From Octopus bimaculoides (taxonomy: Eukaryota), in contig NC_068983.1 in the NCBI RefSeq assembly GCF_001194135.2, positions 38,450,483 to 38,514,482 on the forward strand: a DNA stretch of 64,000 nucleotides. The letters run 5' to 3'. The notes under the pieces were generated by a model. It made no database searches, was not told where the DNA came from, and saw only the letters and a list, made by a program, of their open reading frames with translations. The translations under genes and the position numbers were made by a program. Positions 1-11,262 of this stretch are shown piece after piece. Each line of letters begins with the position of its first letter. Position 1 is the first letter of the stretch.

Positions 1-196
1 CGTTAAAACAGTCCTTCCCGCAAAGCAAATTAAATAAAATTTGGGATTTTTTACGGAGGCTTAAAGTGGTAACAAAAACAGGACAGTAAGAACAAAACAG
101 TAAAAACAAACGGTGAGGGCTGTTAAGTGGTGAACGCTAGAAAAACGAGCTTTGAGAAATGACAGGTAAAAGCACGTCTTGTCTTTAGGAAGGAAG

Positions 197-246
<50 letters not shown>

Positions 247-476
247 CCGTTGGTCACGTGTAAGCAACGAGAGAGTCAAGGAGGAAGAGTGAGAGAGAGA
301 GGGGAACGGTGAAGGGGAGAGGAGAATAATTAGAGAAAGGGTGAGAGAGAAAACAGAAAGGAAGAAAAATAAGAGAGGAGGATAGAGTAGAGATAGGTTG
401 TAGAGTGCACATCGTAATTATTAAGATAAAACTTACATGGAAATGGATGCCTGGCGTTCGATCATATAATAATATA

Positions 477-527
<51 letters not shown>

Positions 528-1209
528 CACATACATGTACATGTCTACATATATATGTATATATACATGCATATATGGGTACAGGACGTCAAAAAACGTG
601 AACAAAATGAGAAACGAGAACATAAAAAACAAAAGCATGGAAAACGAACTTTTTTTCGAACAATGAAAGAAACAAACAGAGAAACGCGACAGACAACACA
701 AAGAACATTCCCTATACACATATGCACACACACACTTCTGTGCGTGTGTGCGCGCGCGCATGAGTCAGTTGTGTGTGTGTTTGTGAATCAGTGCGTGTGT
801 GAAGGCTTCGTTGTCAATCGAGGGGTCAATATGGCAATAAGTCACACACTGGTTGTACTTTAATTTCATTATCAATGAATTGGATAATTGGATAATTGAT
901 TAATTGGTGTGAAAAACCGATAAATTAATCGATTAATTAGATAATTGACTAATTACATAATTAAATGATAATAAAACCAAAGTGAAATACAAACAGTCCG
1001 TATCTTATTGGCATAATACCTCTCAAAATAGTACAATATTTATTTCACAGCTTGCTGCCTACAAGGACAATTACTCTATGACTCCGAAACTGTTTTAGAG
1101 GCGGTTTCTTGGAGTTGATTTTTATTTCTTGGAGTCAATTTCTATGGTGTGTATGATATTTAGACTTCTGGTGATAATTCTAACCTCCGGTTAAGAGATG
1201 ATTCAAACT

Positions 1210-1665
1210 CTTCAGGAGCTTGCACTTTTTGGTTGTCTCATAAAATATGTCTCTGCTCTATGAATGATGCTCTGGATTGTTTGAAGACATGCAAAATCCT
1301 GGTCCACATTCTGACGAAGTGTGTCAGAGAGGTGGAATTTTCTCCTGTGTGTTTTTTGTTTTACCTGAGCGAGTGGAAATGTTGAAGGAAGCAACTCTTA
1401 AAAGTGTTTGTTGTTTGACTTGCCAAATTATTCCAGACATAAGATTCCTCAACATAAGATTACTGCTTGTAAGGCTTTCTGGAGGGTTAATGTTTGCCTA
1501 TCTTAAAGATTAATGTTATGACAAGGAAGTTAAGATTTTGCTAGTAGCTGTAACTTGATTAAACACCATAAATTTCCATAGAAATTTTCCTTGTATTTAT
1601 CCGTTTTGTGGTTATGCATGTTGTATGAAAGTGCTACGCCATCATCTCTGAGCAATCCAAAGCTG
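1210..1665 (-). mobile_element. Degenerate Penelope-like (Neptune-type) element fragment, internally deleted
   Basis: Frameshifted peptides FGLLRDDGVAL (cf. GLYRDDGLA), NLNFLVITLIFKIGKH*PSRKP (cf. VNFLDVTLNL..GKYKPYRKP) and SQTTNTFKSCFLQHFHSLR (GIY-YIG region). Confidence 0.6.
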
Positions 1666-1669
1666 ATGT

Positions 1670-2110
1670 AATATTCTCGAGTCATTCATAGTATCTTCAT
1701 TTTTTCATCAGTGCTTACGTGTTTGTGGCATTCTTTGTGTGGAACAGGGGAAATACAGAAACCTTTGACGCATAAGTTTTGGGTTTGGGAGATTCCTTTT
1801 CCACGTTCGGCAATCAGGTACAAACATTTCTTTTGACCAAAACCCATTCCTATCACAGCTGGAAATGTTTTAATTGGCACCAATTGCTATTTTTGGCATT
1901 GTAAACATTTTTAACGTAGATCTTCAGGATATTCAGGAAGAAAATATGAATTTAACTGGTACCTCTAGCATTTGCAGACCTTAACATGTAGCCGTTGGAT
2001 TTTTGTAATGGAAATAATAACAGGTTTAATGCCAAAACAAAGAGAATTACAGAGAGGCGATCTTGAAATATTCCCTTTGAAATACTTTTAACGTCAGAGA
2101 CGATCATTCC
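1670..2110 (-). mobile_element. Degenerate R4/Dong-like non-LTR retrotransposon RT fragment
   Basis: KGIFQ-DRLSVILFVLALN (cf. GIFQGDSLSPLLFVLALN) and IGMGFGQKKCLYLIAERGK (cf. IGMxFGxDKCAYxxIERGK). Confidence 0.65.
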
Positions 2111-2189
2111 GCTTTCAACTGGGTGAGACTTGTTACACGGGTCTTTGTGAACCTCTGGATGGCAGCAGCTAAGGTAGTATGTACTTCTT

Positions 2190-2412
2190 ATTTCTTTATT
2201 GCCCACAAGGGGCTAAACATAGAGGGCACAAACAAGGGGATTAAGTCGATTACATTGACCCCAATACGTAACTGGTACTTAATTTATCGACCCCGAAAGG
2301 ATGAAAGGCAAAGTCGACCTCGGCGGAATTTGAACTCAAAACGTAACGGCAGACGAAATACCGCTAAGCATTTCGCCCGGCGTGCTAACGTTTCTGCCAG
2401 CTTGCCGCCTTT
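2190..2412 (-). mobile_element. tRNA-derived SINE family A, full-length, tail type 2
   Basis: Box-B-like GAGTTCAAATTCC. Flanked by the direct repeat gtatgtacttc (TSD). Many homologues in the window. Confidence 0.85.
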
Positions 2413-2624
2413 GTATGTACTTCTGTCACGTGTAGAGCCTTCAGCAGGTATAAGCGGGGAATATAGTCGAACGCTTTCCGATAATTGGGTTATACAGTCA
2501 CAAAGAATCCACAGGGATTTCTTACTTTGGACAGGGCAACATCATTTCTCAAAAGTTATTCGGCATCTCCACGCACCCTTCTTCCCATCTGCCTACTCCA
2601 TTATGTTATTCCGCTGGAGTCGAC

Positions 2625-2760
2625 TTTTCTTTTCATATTTTCGGGGTCGATTAAATAAGTATCAGTTATGCACTAGGGTCGATGTAATCGACTTGATCCC
2701 TTTGTTCTTGTTTGTCTCCTCTATGTTTAGCACCCTGTGGGCAATAAAGAAATGAATAAA
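2625..2760 (+). mobile_element. SINE family A, 5'-truncated
   Basis: tttcggggtcgat...ctatgtttagc...gggcaataaagaaat; inverted relative to the 2190-2412 copy. Confidence 0.8.
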
Positions 2761-3399
2761 GAAGTAAATATACATATTAATGGCTTTCTGTAAAAAATGT
2801 CAGCCTCTTGTACCAGCATCCAGCTGTTAGGTCTCTTCCAGATGCCTTCCTATTATACAGTTTGCTTACAACTATGGTGAACATTTTGGGGTTGATTGTA
2901 TGTTTTACAGTCAATATGAGCGTAGATATACTGTCTGTATGCATATATATATATATGTGTGTGTGACCATGTGTGCGCGTTTGTGAGTGTGTGTGCGCAC
3001 GCATACGTAGTATTACGACTTTATTAGAAGAATTATATACACACACGCAAACGTATAAATACAAACACACTCACGCGCGTATACACACATACATTTATGT
3101 ACGTGCGTATGTGCATACACACATGCATAAGCACACACACATATAATTTACTGCTTCCTGTAAATATGTTAAATGCATTATTCATGGAATGCATAGAAGA
3201 AGCAACGCTCGTACCGAGTACAGTCTGATTATATAATTATATCTTCCAGTTCCTATAGAATTGAAATTGCCCGTATGAAAGACGAATGATGCTTTATTTA
3301 TCCTGGAGCTCATCTAACAGAAAATATAAATACATCGTTCAGGAAAGGAAGCCATATTTACTTCAGCTCAAAAGTTAAGAATCAGTACTGGAGTAGAGC

Positions 3400-3590
3400 A
3401 TTATTGCTGTTTTTTGTTGTTGTTTCGAACCCCAGGTTAGCACTCTTTGAACAGACCTCTTTGAACCGAACCATGGTCAACTTCAGGGCGGAATGGATTA
3501 TGCTTTTCATTTATATTTTCTTTCGAGACGGTGGGGTGCGGTTTAAGGGTGATTTGGCTGTTAGCAATTCGGCCAGCGATTTAGAGAAGG
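3400..3590 (-). mobile_element. SINE-like repeat family D (ctagaaatagcagccaaat core, aacaac tail); relatives near 13810, 26880, 34330, 47580-47970 and 61440
   Basis: Recurrent diverged motif and shared tail, recognised by eye. Confidence 0.5.
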
Positions 3591-3864
3591 GTTCCTTTAT
3601 ACCTATACGTGTTTCAGCCCAAAGGCTGTGGTCATACTGGGGCACCACCTTTTCCATCACCTTTTCAATATCCATTCTAGTGTGGTTTGATGAATGAATG
3701 AGTTTGATATTGCTACCCTCAGTTAAGTTTCTTGTCGTTTTATAGGCTCATTTAGGATCTTGGACAGCAGAATAGCAAGATGCTTCTTGAAAACATTTGC
3801 CCCCATCACATTATGCAGTTTCAAATTTATTTACAAATTTTGGTAAAAGATCACTATGTTCGGA

Positions 3865-4045
3865 GTGGGGGGGGAGTTAAGTTGATTGCATCAACTCCAG
3901 TACTCAACTGGTATTTATCTTATCGATCCCGAAAGGATGAAAGGCATTGTCTACCACGGCGGAATTTGAACCCAGAACGTAAAGACGGGCGAAATGCCGC
4001 TAAGCATTTTCCCCACCGCGCTAACGGCTCTGCTAGCTCGCCACC
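3865..4045 (-). mobile_element. SINE family A
   Basis: Homology to the other family A copies. Confidence 0.8.
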
Positions 4046-4074
4046 TTATTCACAGTTGATATTAAAAGGTTTGA

Positions 4075-4270
4075 TCCTCAAACAAGAAAAAATGATAGGG
4101 TGTAAAAGTAAAATTTATTGAGTGAAAATATAACGTTTCGGATATAGTCCTTCATCGGAGGCAAAATGATATCCAGGGAGGGAAAGAAGGGAAAGAAGAA
4201 AAGAAATAAGACACAAAAGAGCGAGGTGGTAGGGGCTGATAAATGCACATGGTAACTCACAATCTCCAAC
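4075..4270 (-). mobile_element. PLE-type terminal repeat with HHR-like motif (CCGATGA-a-gga/tcc-GAAACGTT at ~4125-4163)
   Basis: Core-like motif preceded by a pyrimidine tract. The upstream gagattgtgagttacc is shared with the 8120-8260 copy. Confidence 0.5.
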
Positions 4271-4839
4271 ACTAGCTAAACGGAAGTGTGAGGGGTTATT
4301 GTTACTTTAAATGATAACAGAGTGCCTATTGGTATGAGTGTGTTTATGCGTGTGAATAAATGTGTTTGTGTGTGTGTGTGTGCGTGTGTGAGTGAGTGTG
4401 AGGATGCCTGTGTATATAGTGTGTATGTGTATATATATATATTTGCTTGTGTATTCATGTACGCGCATATGTGTGTGAGTATAGAAGATATAAGCAGTAT
4501 GTTCGTGTATGAGAGTGCTTGGTTGATAATATTAGCAGTGTCTGTGCGTGTGTTCCTATGCGAGTGAGTGTATGTAACTCCGCGTACATGTGTATATGTG
4601 AGTATGTGCGTGTAGCTTAGATTGTGGGATAAATGAGATGTGTATGTGTGCATGTTTAGGTACGACCAGTCGTTAGAAGTGGTACGGTAGCAGTTAAAAG
4701 AATTGGGTCAAGAGGCCGAATGATGTGTGTGAATTTGCGTGTGTGTGTGTAGGTGATATTTGTAGTGTGTGTGCGCGTACGGACGGGGTGCAAGTGAGGG
4801 CGAGTGTTAGGCAAGCGGCATTGGTTGTATACGTGTGTG

Positions 4840-4871
<32 letters not shown>

Positions 4872-5097
4872 TGTGTGTGTGTGTGTGTGTCCGTCCGTGT
4901 TTGTGATACATGCACACACATATGATTGTACCCATATGAAAATATAGTTAAAAGTGCATATAAAATTTAATATAAAAGTGTGTATGTGTGTGCGTGTGCA
5001 CGTGTGTGTGCATGTGCACATGTGTTTGTGTTTGAGTGTGTGTTTTTGTGTCTGTGTGTGTGTCTATATAATGTATGTATGCATGCATATATATATG

Positions 5098-5240
5098 TAG
5101 TAAGTAGCTTGCTTACCAACCACATGGTTCCGGGTTCAGCCCCACTGCGTGGCACCTTGGGCAAGTATCTTCTACTATATCCTCGGGCCGACCAAAGCCT
5201 TGTGAGTGGATTTGGTAGACGGAAACGGAAAGAAGCCCGT
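5098..5240 (+). mobile_element. SINE family B head (tRNA-like plus CORE-like ccttgggcaagt), running into a gap
   Basis: gggttcagccccactgcgtggcaccttgggcaagt...gaagcccgt, repeated more than 10 times in the window. Confidence 0.85.
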
Positions 5241-6291
5241 NNNNNNNNNNNNNNNNNNNNNNNNNNNNNNNNNNNNNNNNNNNNNNNNNNNNNNNNNNNN
5301 NNNNNNNNNNNNNNNNNNNNNNNNNNNNNNNNNNNNNNNNNNNNNNNNNNNNNNNNNNNNNNNNNNNNNNNNNNNNNNNNNNNNNNNNNNNNNNNNNNNN
5401 NNNNNNNNNNNNNNNNNNNNNNNNNNNNNNNNNNNNNNNNNNNNNNNNNNNNNNNNNNNNNNNNNNNNNNNNNNNNNNNNNNNNNNNNNNNNNNNNNNNN
5501 NNNNNNNNNNNNNNNNNNNNNNNNNNNNNNNNNNNNNNNNNNNNNNNNNNNNNNNNNNNNNNNNNNNNNNNNNNNNNNNNNNNNNNNNNNNNNNNNNNNN
5601 NNNNNNNNNNNNNNNNNNNNNNNNNNNNNNNNNNNNNNNNNNNNNNNNNNNNNNNNNNNNNNNNNNNNNNNNNNNNNNNNNNNNNNNNNNNNNNNNNNNN
5701 NNNNNNNNNNNNNNNNNNNNNNNNNNNNNNNNNNNNNNNNNNNNNNNNNNNNNNNNNNNNNNNNNNNNNNNNNNNNNNNNNNNNNNNNNNNNNNNNNNNN
5801 NNNNNNNNNNNNNNNNNNNNNNNNNNNNNNNNNNNNNNNNNNNNNNNNNNNNNNNNNNNNNNNNNNNNNNNNNNNNNNNNNNNNNNNNNNNNNNNNNNNN
5901 NNNNNNNNNNNNNNNNNNNNNNNNNNNNNNNNNNNNNNNNNNNNNNNNNNNNNNNNNNNNNNNNNNNNNNNNNNNNNNNNNNNNNNNNNNNNNNNNNNNN
6001 NNNNNNNNNNNNNNNNNNNNNNNNNNNNNNNNNNNNNNNNNNNNNNNNNNNNNNNNNNNNNNNNNNNNNNNNNNNNNNNNNNNNNNNNNNNNNNNNNNNN
6101 NNNNNNNNNNNNNNNNNNNNNNNNNNNNNNNNNNNNNNNNNNNNNNNNNNNNNNNNNNNNNNNNNNNNNNNNNNNNNNNNNNNNNNNNNNNNNNNNNNNN
6201 NNNNNNNNNNNNNNNNNNACATTCTATTGGTATATAAATTTTACTATTCGGTACTGTTACTGTATATCTCTCGCTCAGAGATTTAAAACAA

Positions 6292-6331
<40 letters not shown>

Positions 6332-6355
6332 CTGTGTGTGTGTGTATACACACAC

Positions 6356-6970
6356 ACACGAGGGGGAGTCAAAGATTATCCGCACATTCACCATGAAATA
6401 TCTTCATTATTATCACACAGCCTTCTGCGCATGCATGCTTATAGTTGGTACCATTGTCGTCGCGTGATCGAAGTTTGAGCTTGAACGCGCCATTTTTCTT
6501 TCTGGCTTTACAGTGTAAGCCTGGCCGCTCCACAAGTAATGTGCAACAAAGAAGAACAAAGAGCAGTGATCCAATTTCACTGGAAACGAGATGTACAATC
6601 AACAATGCAAGATACAGTATTTTGCCTGCCAACAAACTGAAGCCAGCAATTTGCACCAAACGTTGAAGCCTACTGGCAAAGAAAGTTTTGTTGTTGCATG
6701 ACAATGCACACCCACACATGGCCGCCCAGATCGCTTGAAACCATGAATCAATTGAGTTTTTTTAGGTGCTGGGACACCCTACCTACAGCCCAGATCCCAC
6801 CCCTTCCGACTGTCATATCTTTGGACCGCTCAAAGATGGGTTACGAGGTCGTCGATTTCCTACGGATGAAGATGTGAAGGAAGCGGTGCATAAATGGTTG
6901 CATGACCAACCGTAAACCTTCTTTATGGAGGGAATACGCATGCTTGTGGACCGCTGTGAGTGTGTATAAA
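6356..6970 (+). mobile_element. Internally deleted mariner transposon
   Basis: Left-end-like acgagggggagtcaaagattatccgc. N-terminal MCNKEEQRAVIQF is fused to C-terminal LLHDNAHPH...YSPDPTPSDCHIFGPLKDGLRGRRFPTDEDVKEAVHKWL. Right TIR not clearly found. Confidence 0.85.
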
Positions 6971-7199
6971 TTAATGAATGACGAAGAGGATGTCTTACGA
7001 TGTTTCGTACATAATCACTTTCATTAGCTAGCGGTTATCTTCTGCTATAAGAATAATTGCACTCAGAGCTGAGTGCTCGTACGACATCTTGTAGCAGAAT
7101 CATCTGTAAGCTAATGAAAGTGACTATGTACCTCCTGGTCTTTTGTCATTCATTAATTCATGTAATGCTCGGTGCTTATCTGACGTTTTACTCTACAGC

Positions 7200-7630
7200 T
7201 TCGGCGTGGCTGTGTGGTAAGAAGCTTGCTTCCCAACTACATGGTTCTGGGTTCAGTCCCACTGTGTGGCAGCTTGGCCAAGTGACTTCTATCGCCTCGG
7301 GCCGACCAGAGCCTTGTGAGTGGATTTGGTAGACGGAAACTGAAAGAAGCCCGTCGTGTGCATATATATATATATATATATGCATGCACACGACGGGCTT
7401 CTTTCAGTTTATATATATATGTTTGTGTGTCTGTGTTTGTCCCTCCACCATCGCTTGACAACCGATATTGGTGTGTTTATGTCCCCATAACTTAGCGGTT
7501 CGTTAAAAGTGACTGATAGAATAAGTACTCAGCTTACAAAGATTAAGTCCTGGGGTTGATTTGTTTGACTAAAGGTGGTGCTCTAGCATGGCCGCAGTCA
7601 AATGACTGAAACCAGTAAAAGAATAAAAAA
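7200..7630 (+). mobile_element. SINE family B, full-length with internal (TA)n
   Basis: Head + microsatellite + tail ending gaaaccagtaaaagaataaa. Confidence 0.85.
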
Positions 7631-7674
7631 TACACACACACACACACACACATGCATTCATTAACTTTCTAACT

Positions 7675-7980
7675 GATACTCCGTCGGTTGCGACGATGAG
7701 TGTTCCAGTCGATCTGATAGACGGAACAATCTGCACGTGAAATTAACATGCAAGTGGCTAAGCATCGCGCAGGCACGCGTATCCTTAACACAGTTCTCAG
7801 GGAGATTCAGTGTAAAACAGAATGGGACATGGCTGATCCTTTGAAATACATGTACAACTCATTTTTGCCAGTTGGCGGGGTCTGGAGCAACGTGAAATAA
7901 AGTGTTTTGTTGAAGTACACAACACGCTACCAGTGATCGAACTCACGACCTTACGACCGAAAGCCGAATACCTAATTACT
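7675..7980 (-). mobile_element. tRNA/CORE-like SINE sharing its 3' region with family E
   Basis: Reverse strand shows gagttcgatcac (box B) and aaaacactttatttcacgttgctccag, with a tail homologous to 26470-26620. Confidence 0.7.
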
Positions 7981-8119
7981 ACACATACACATTATATATA
8001 CATGTACTCTTACACATAAACGCACACTCGCACACACATATTCATACTCATGCACACACTTATGGCAATAGGCACTCTCTTGCTATGTGAAATAACAATT
8101 TTCCCACACACTTCCGTTT

Positions 8120-8260
8120 AGACAGAGATCGAGATTGTGAGTTACCTACGCACGTTCGCCACCGGCTCCTCCTGTTTGTTTTGTTTTTTTCTTCTCTTTC
8201 CTTTCTTCTCCTCTCTGGGCATCCGTTTGTCCGAAACGTAACACTTTCATTCCACAACTT
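8120..8260 (+). mobile_element. PLE-type terminal repeat with decayed HHR-like motif (gggc/gtcc stem + GAAACGTA; CUGANGA mostly deleted)
   Basis: Same architecture as 4075-4270. Confidence 0.4.
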
Positions 8261-8398
8261 ATGCTCGCTATTGCTTTTTCCTTCTTTGAGTATTAACCTG
8301 TCACTACCCAAACATACACAAACAACTAAGCCACGCGCCTTCACATACATATGTGCATGAATACATACATACATACGTACATACATGCACAGATACAT

Positions 8399-8431
<33 letters not shown>

Positions 8432-9069
8432 CACACACACGCACGCACGCACGCACGCACACATTGAAAGCAAAATACCGCCATGTTTCAAGCCATAAAT
8501 ATATATATATTGATTTCCGTTCTTCTTTTATCTCACCAACATTTTCCTTTCACACTACACGTGTGACCCAAGAGTGCTCTATTTTCCTGAACATATCACA
8601 TTATTATACCCTTACAGCACGTTTAGCACAAACTTGTTTCTTGTGAACGTTAACACTGAATATTGCCACTATTCTTATCACTCTAACTTATTGTCACGTG
8701 CTGTTTTGACCATATTGAATTATCGTATCACTTAGACCAATAGAAGTTTGCACTTCTGTTAATGGAAGTACGCAGAAAATATGAGATTTATTATACATTA
8801 TTCATGATAGTTGTATTGCTTTTACATTTTAAAAACTCTGAACGTTTTTTATCTTTGCCGAGCTCTCTGCTAAACGCTTTGCACAAAATAATTTATGAGG
8901 TATTAAAGATGAGCTAAAATTGACGAAGTACAAACATGGAGTTGGTACAATAGCTGAAACCAACAGATTGTGCCAATAGATCGCAATATGGTGTCAGACT
9001 TCGTGACTTTTGGTCCAACCTACACACATACATACATACATACATACATACATACATACATACGTAAAT

Positions 9070-9251
9070 GCAGTTCTCTATTTAAAAGATGAGGAATTAT
9101 GTACCTTATTTACATTATTTACTATTGACGGATATTTGTCCTCATCTTGTTTGTTGTTAACACAACGGTTCGGCTGATATACCCTCCAGCCTTCATCAGG
9201 TGTCTTGGGGAAATTTCAAACCTGGGTTCTCATTCCTAAGGTATTTTTCGA

Positions 9252-9282
<31 letters not shown>

Positions 9283-9376
9283 ATCACTGCCTGGAATCGA
9301 ACTCGGAATCTTGGAGTTAGTAGCCCGCGTTCTTAACCACAACGCCATATGCCCGTGGACATATGGCGTAGTGGTA
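9070..9376 (-). mobile_element. Composite SINE: tRNA-like head - (AAT)n - minimal type I hammerhead - tail
   Basis: Head 9281-9354 with box A tggcgttgtgg and box B gagttcgattcc; (AAT)n at 9253-9279; HHR at 9159-9204. Confidence 0.75.
9159..9204 (-). ncRNA. Minimal type I hammerhead ribozyme motif (this copy has GAAA>GAAC)
   Basis: gacac-CTGATGA-a-ggctg(gagggtatat)cagcc-GAAC-CGTT-gtgtt: stems I and II pair and stem III is the short palindromic type. Confidence 0.7.
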
Positions 9377-10698
9377 AATTACAGAAGTGATAAATTACAG
9401 GACTCAGCACAAATGTAGACTATTCATTAATACATTATAACTGAAAGGCTTCGGTTTCCAGTACTCCGAGTTGCTCGTTTCCGATCATCAGCTGGTGAAC
9501 AGAGCCAGGTTTTCTTTTAAATATTCACTGTCTGAATATCTTTTGAAATATGAAATGAAAGCTTGAAGGAAACGGTTATCCTTATGTTCTTTCGTTTAGA
9601 AATGTTTGTGAAGAACACGTGAAATAAACGATTGCTTCAAGCTCATGTTTTTGATTTCATTTCTGGTTCTCGCGGTAATATTATTATAAACATCATAGAC
9701 TTCATACAATCGAAGTCATGAAATTGCATTACTGTTTAAGCAATGTTCGAGTTTTACTTTTAATTAATATTTTTAATTAATGTTATTAAAAACTATGAGT
9801 GTGCATGCAGATGTTCATTTTGCATGCGCCTGTTCAAACGCATGCGTACAGACATATGTACACTCATAGACACACATATACACACAGAATTATATATTCA
9901 TGTATACATATATACATACATATATACATATACACATATGCTTCAATTCATATAGTCACATATAAACACACACACACATACAATAGATCTTATTAATTCA
10001 CCAAATACATGTGTGCATGTATATACATACATGCATATATATATNNNNNNNNNNNNNNNNNNNNNNNNNNNNNNNNNNNNNNNNNNNNNNNNNNNNNNNN
10101 NNNNNNNNNNNNNNNNNNNNNNNNNNNNNNNNNNNNNNNNNNNNNNNNNNNNNNNNNNNNNNNNNNNNNNNNNNNNNNNNNNNNNNNNNNNNNNNNNNNN
10201 NNNNNNNNNNNNNNNNNNNNNNNNNNNNNNNNNNNNNNNNNNNNNNNNNNNNNNNNNNNNNNNNNNNNNNNNNNNNNNNNNNNNNNNNNNNNNNNNNNNN
10301 NNNNNNNNNNNNNNNNNNNNNNNNNNNNNNNNNNNNNNNNNNNNNNNNNNNNNNNNNNNNNNNNNNNNNNNNNNNNNNNNNNNNNNNNNNNNNNNNNNNN
10401 NNNNNNNNNNNNNNNNNNNNNNNNNNNNNNNNNNNNNNNNNNNNNNNNNNNNNNNNNNNNNNNNNNNNNNNNNNNNNNNNNNNNNNNNNNNNNNNNNNNN
10501 NNNNNNNNNNNNNNNNNNNNNNNNNNNNNNNNNNNNNNNNNNNNNNNNNNNNNNNNNNNNNNNNNNNNNNNNNNNNNNNNNNNNNNNNNNNNNNNNNNNN
10601 NNNNNNNNNNNNNNNNNNNNNNNNNNNNNNNNNNNNNNNNNNNNNNNNNNNNNNNNNNNNNNNNNNNNNNNNNNNNNNNNNNNNNNNNNNNNNTATGT

Positions 10699-10734
<36 letters not shown>

Positions 10735-10799
10735 TTTCAGTTCAGAGCCGCGGCTATGCTGATACACCACCGTTTTGCTACACTGTTATTACCGAGAGC

Positions 10800-11262
10800 C
10801 TCCTCTAATTAGTGGCACTTGGTGAAGAATGGAGTTTGATGTAGCTACCCTCATTTGTATCTCTTGCCGTGAGGTAGGTTCATCTGGGACTCTCGACAAG
10901 AAGAGGTTCAGCTTTGATTTAATAACGCCTACATCTACTTTGTGCAGATTCCTCGGGCTCTTTGGGAGAATATTAAAAAGCTGTGGGCCCTTGAAACCCA
11001 TGCTGTTGCAGTAACTGGTCCTGAAGCGCGATGGTGTTGCTGGGATCTTTGGCACTATGCAATGTCGTCCCGTTCTGGCATTGGTGTAGCTTTCAATGCC
11101 AAAATTTGGCACAATTCCTTCCTGGATCTTCCAGATGTATATTACTGCATACCGCTCCAGCCTTCTCTCCAGGGAGTAGTCTTAGCTGTTTCAGCCTTTC
11201 CCAGTAGCTGAGCAGTTGCAAAGAGACGATCTTCTTTGTGAATCTTCTCTGGATTGCTTCGT
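10800..11262 (-). mobile_element. CR1-like LINE ORF2 3' end
   Basis: AIQRRFTKKI..SYWERLKQLRL-SLERRLERYAVIYIWKIQEGIVPN...GPQLFNILPKS..KSKLNLFLSRVPDEP. Confidence 0.85.

Noticed and set aside
2123-2755. 210-aa ORF, and similar NWYLIYRPRKDER-containing ORFs (3780, 28789, 43283)
   Set aside because: They are antisense read-through of SINE family A.
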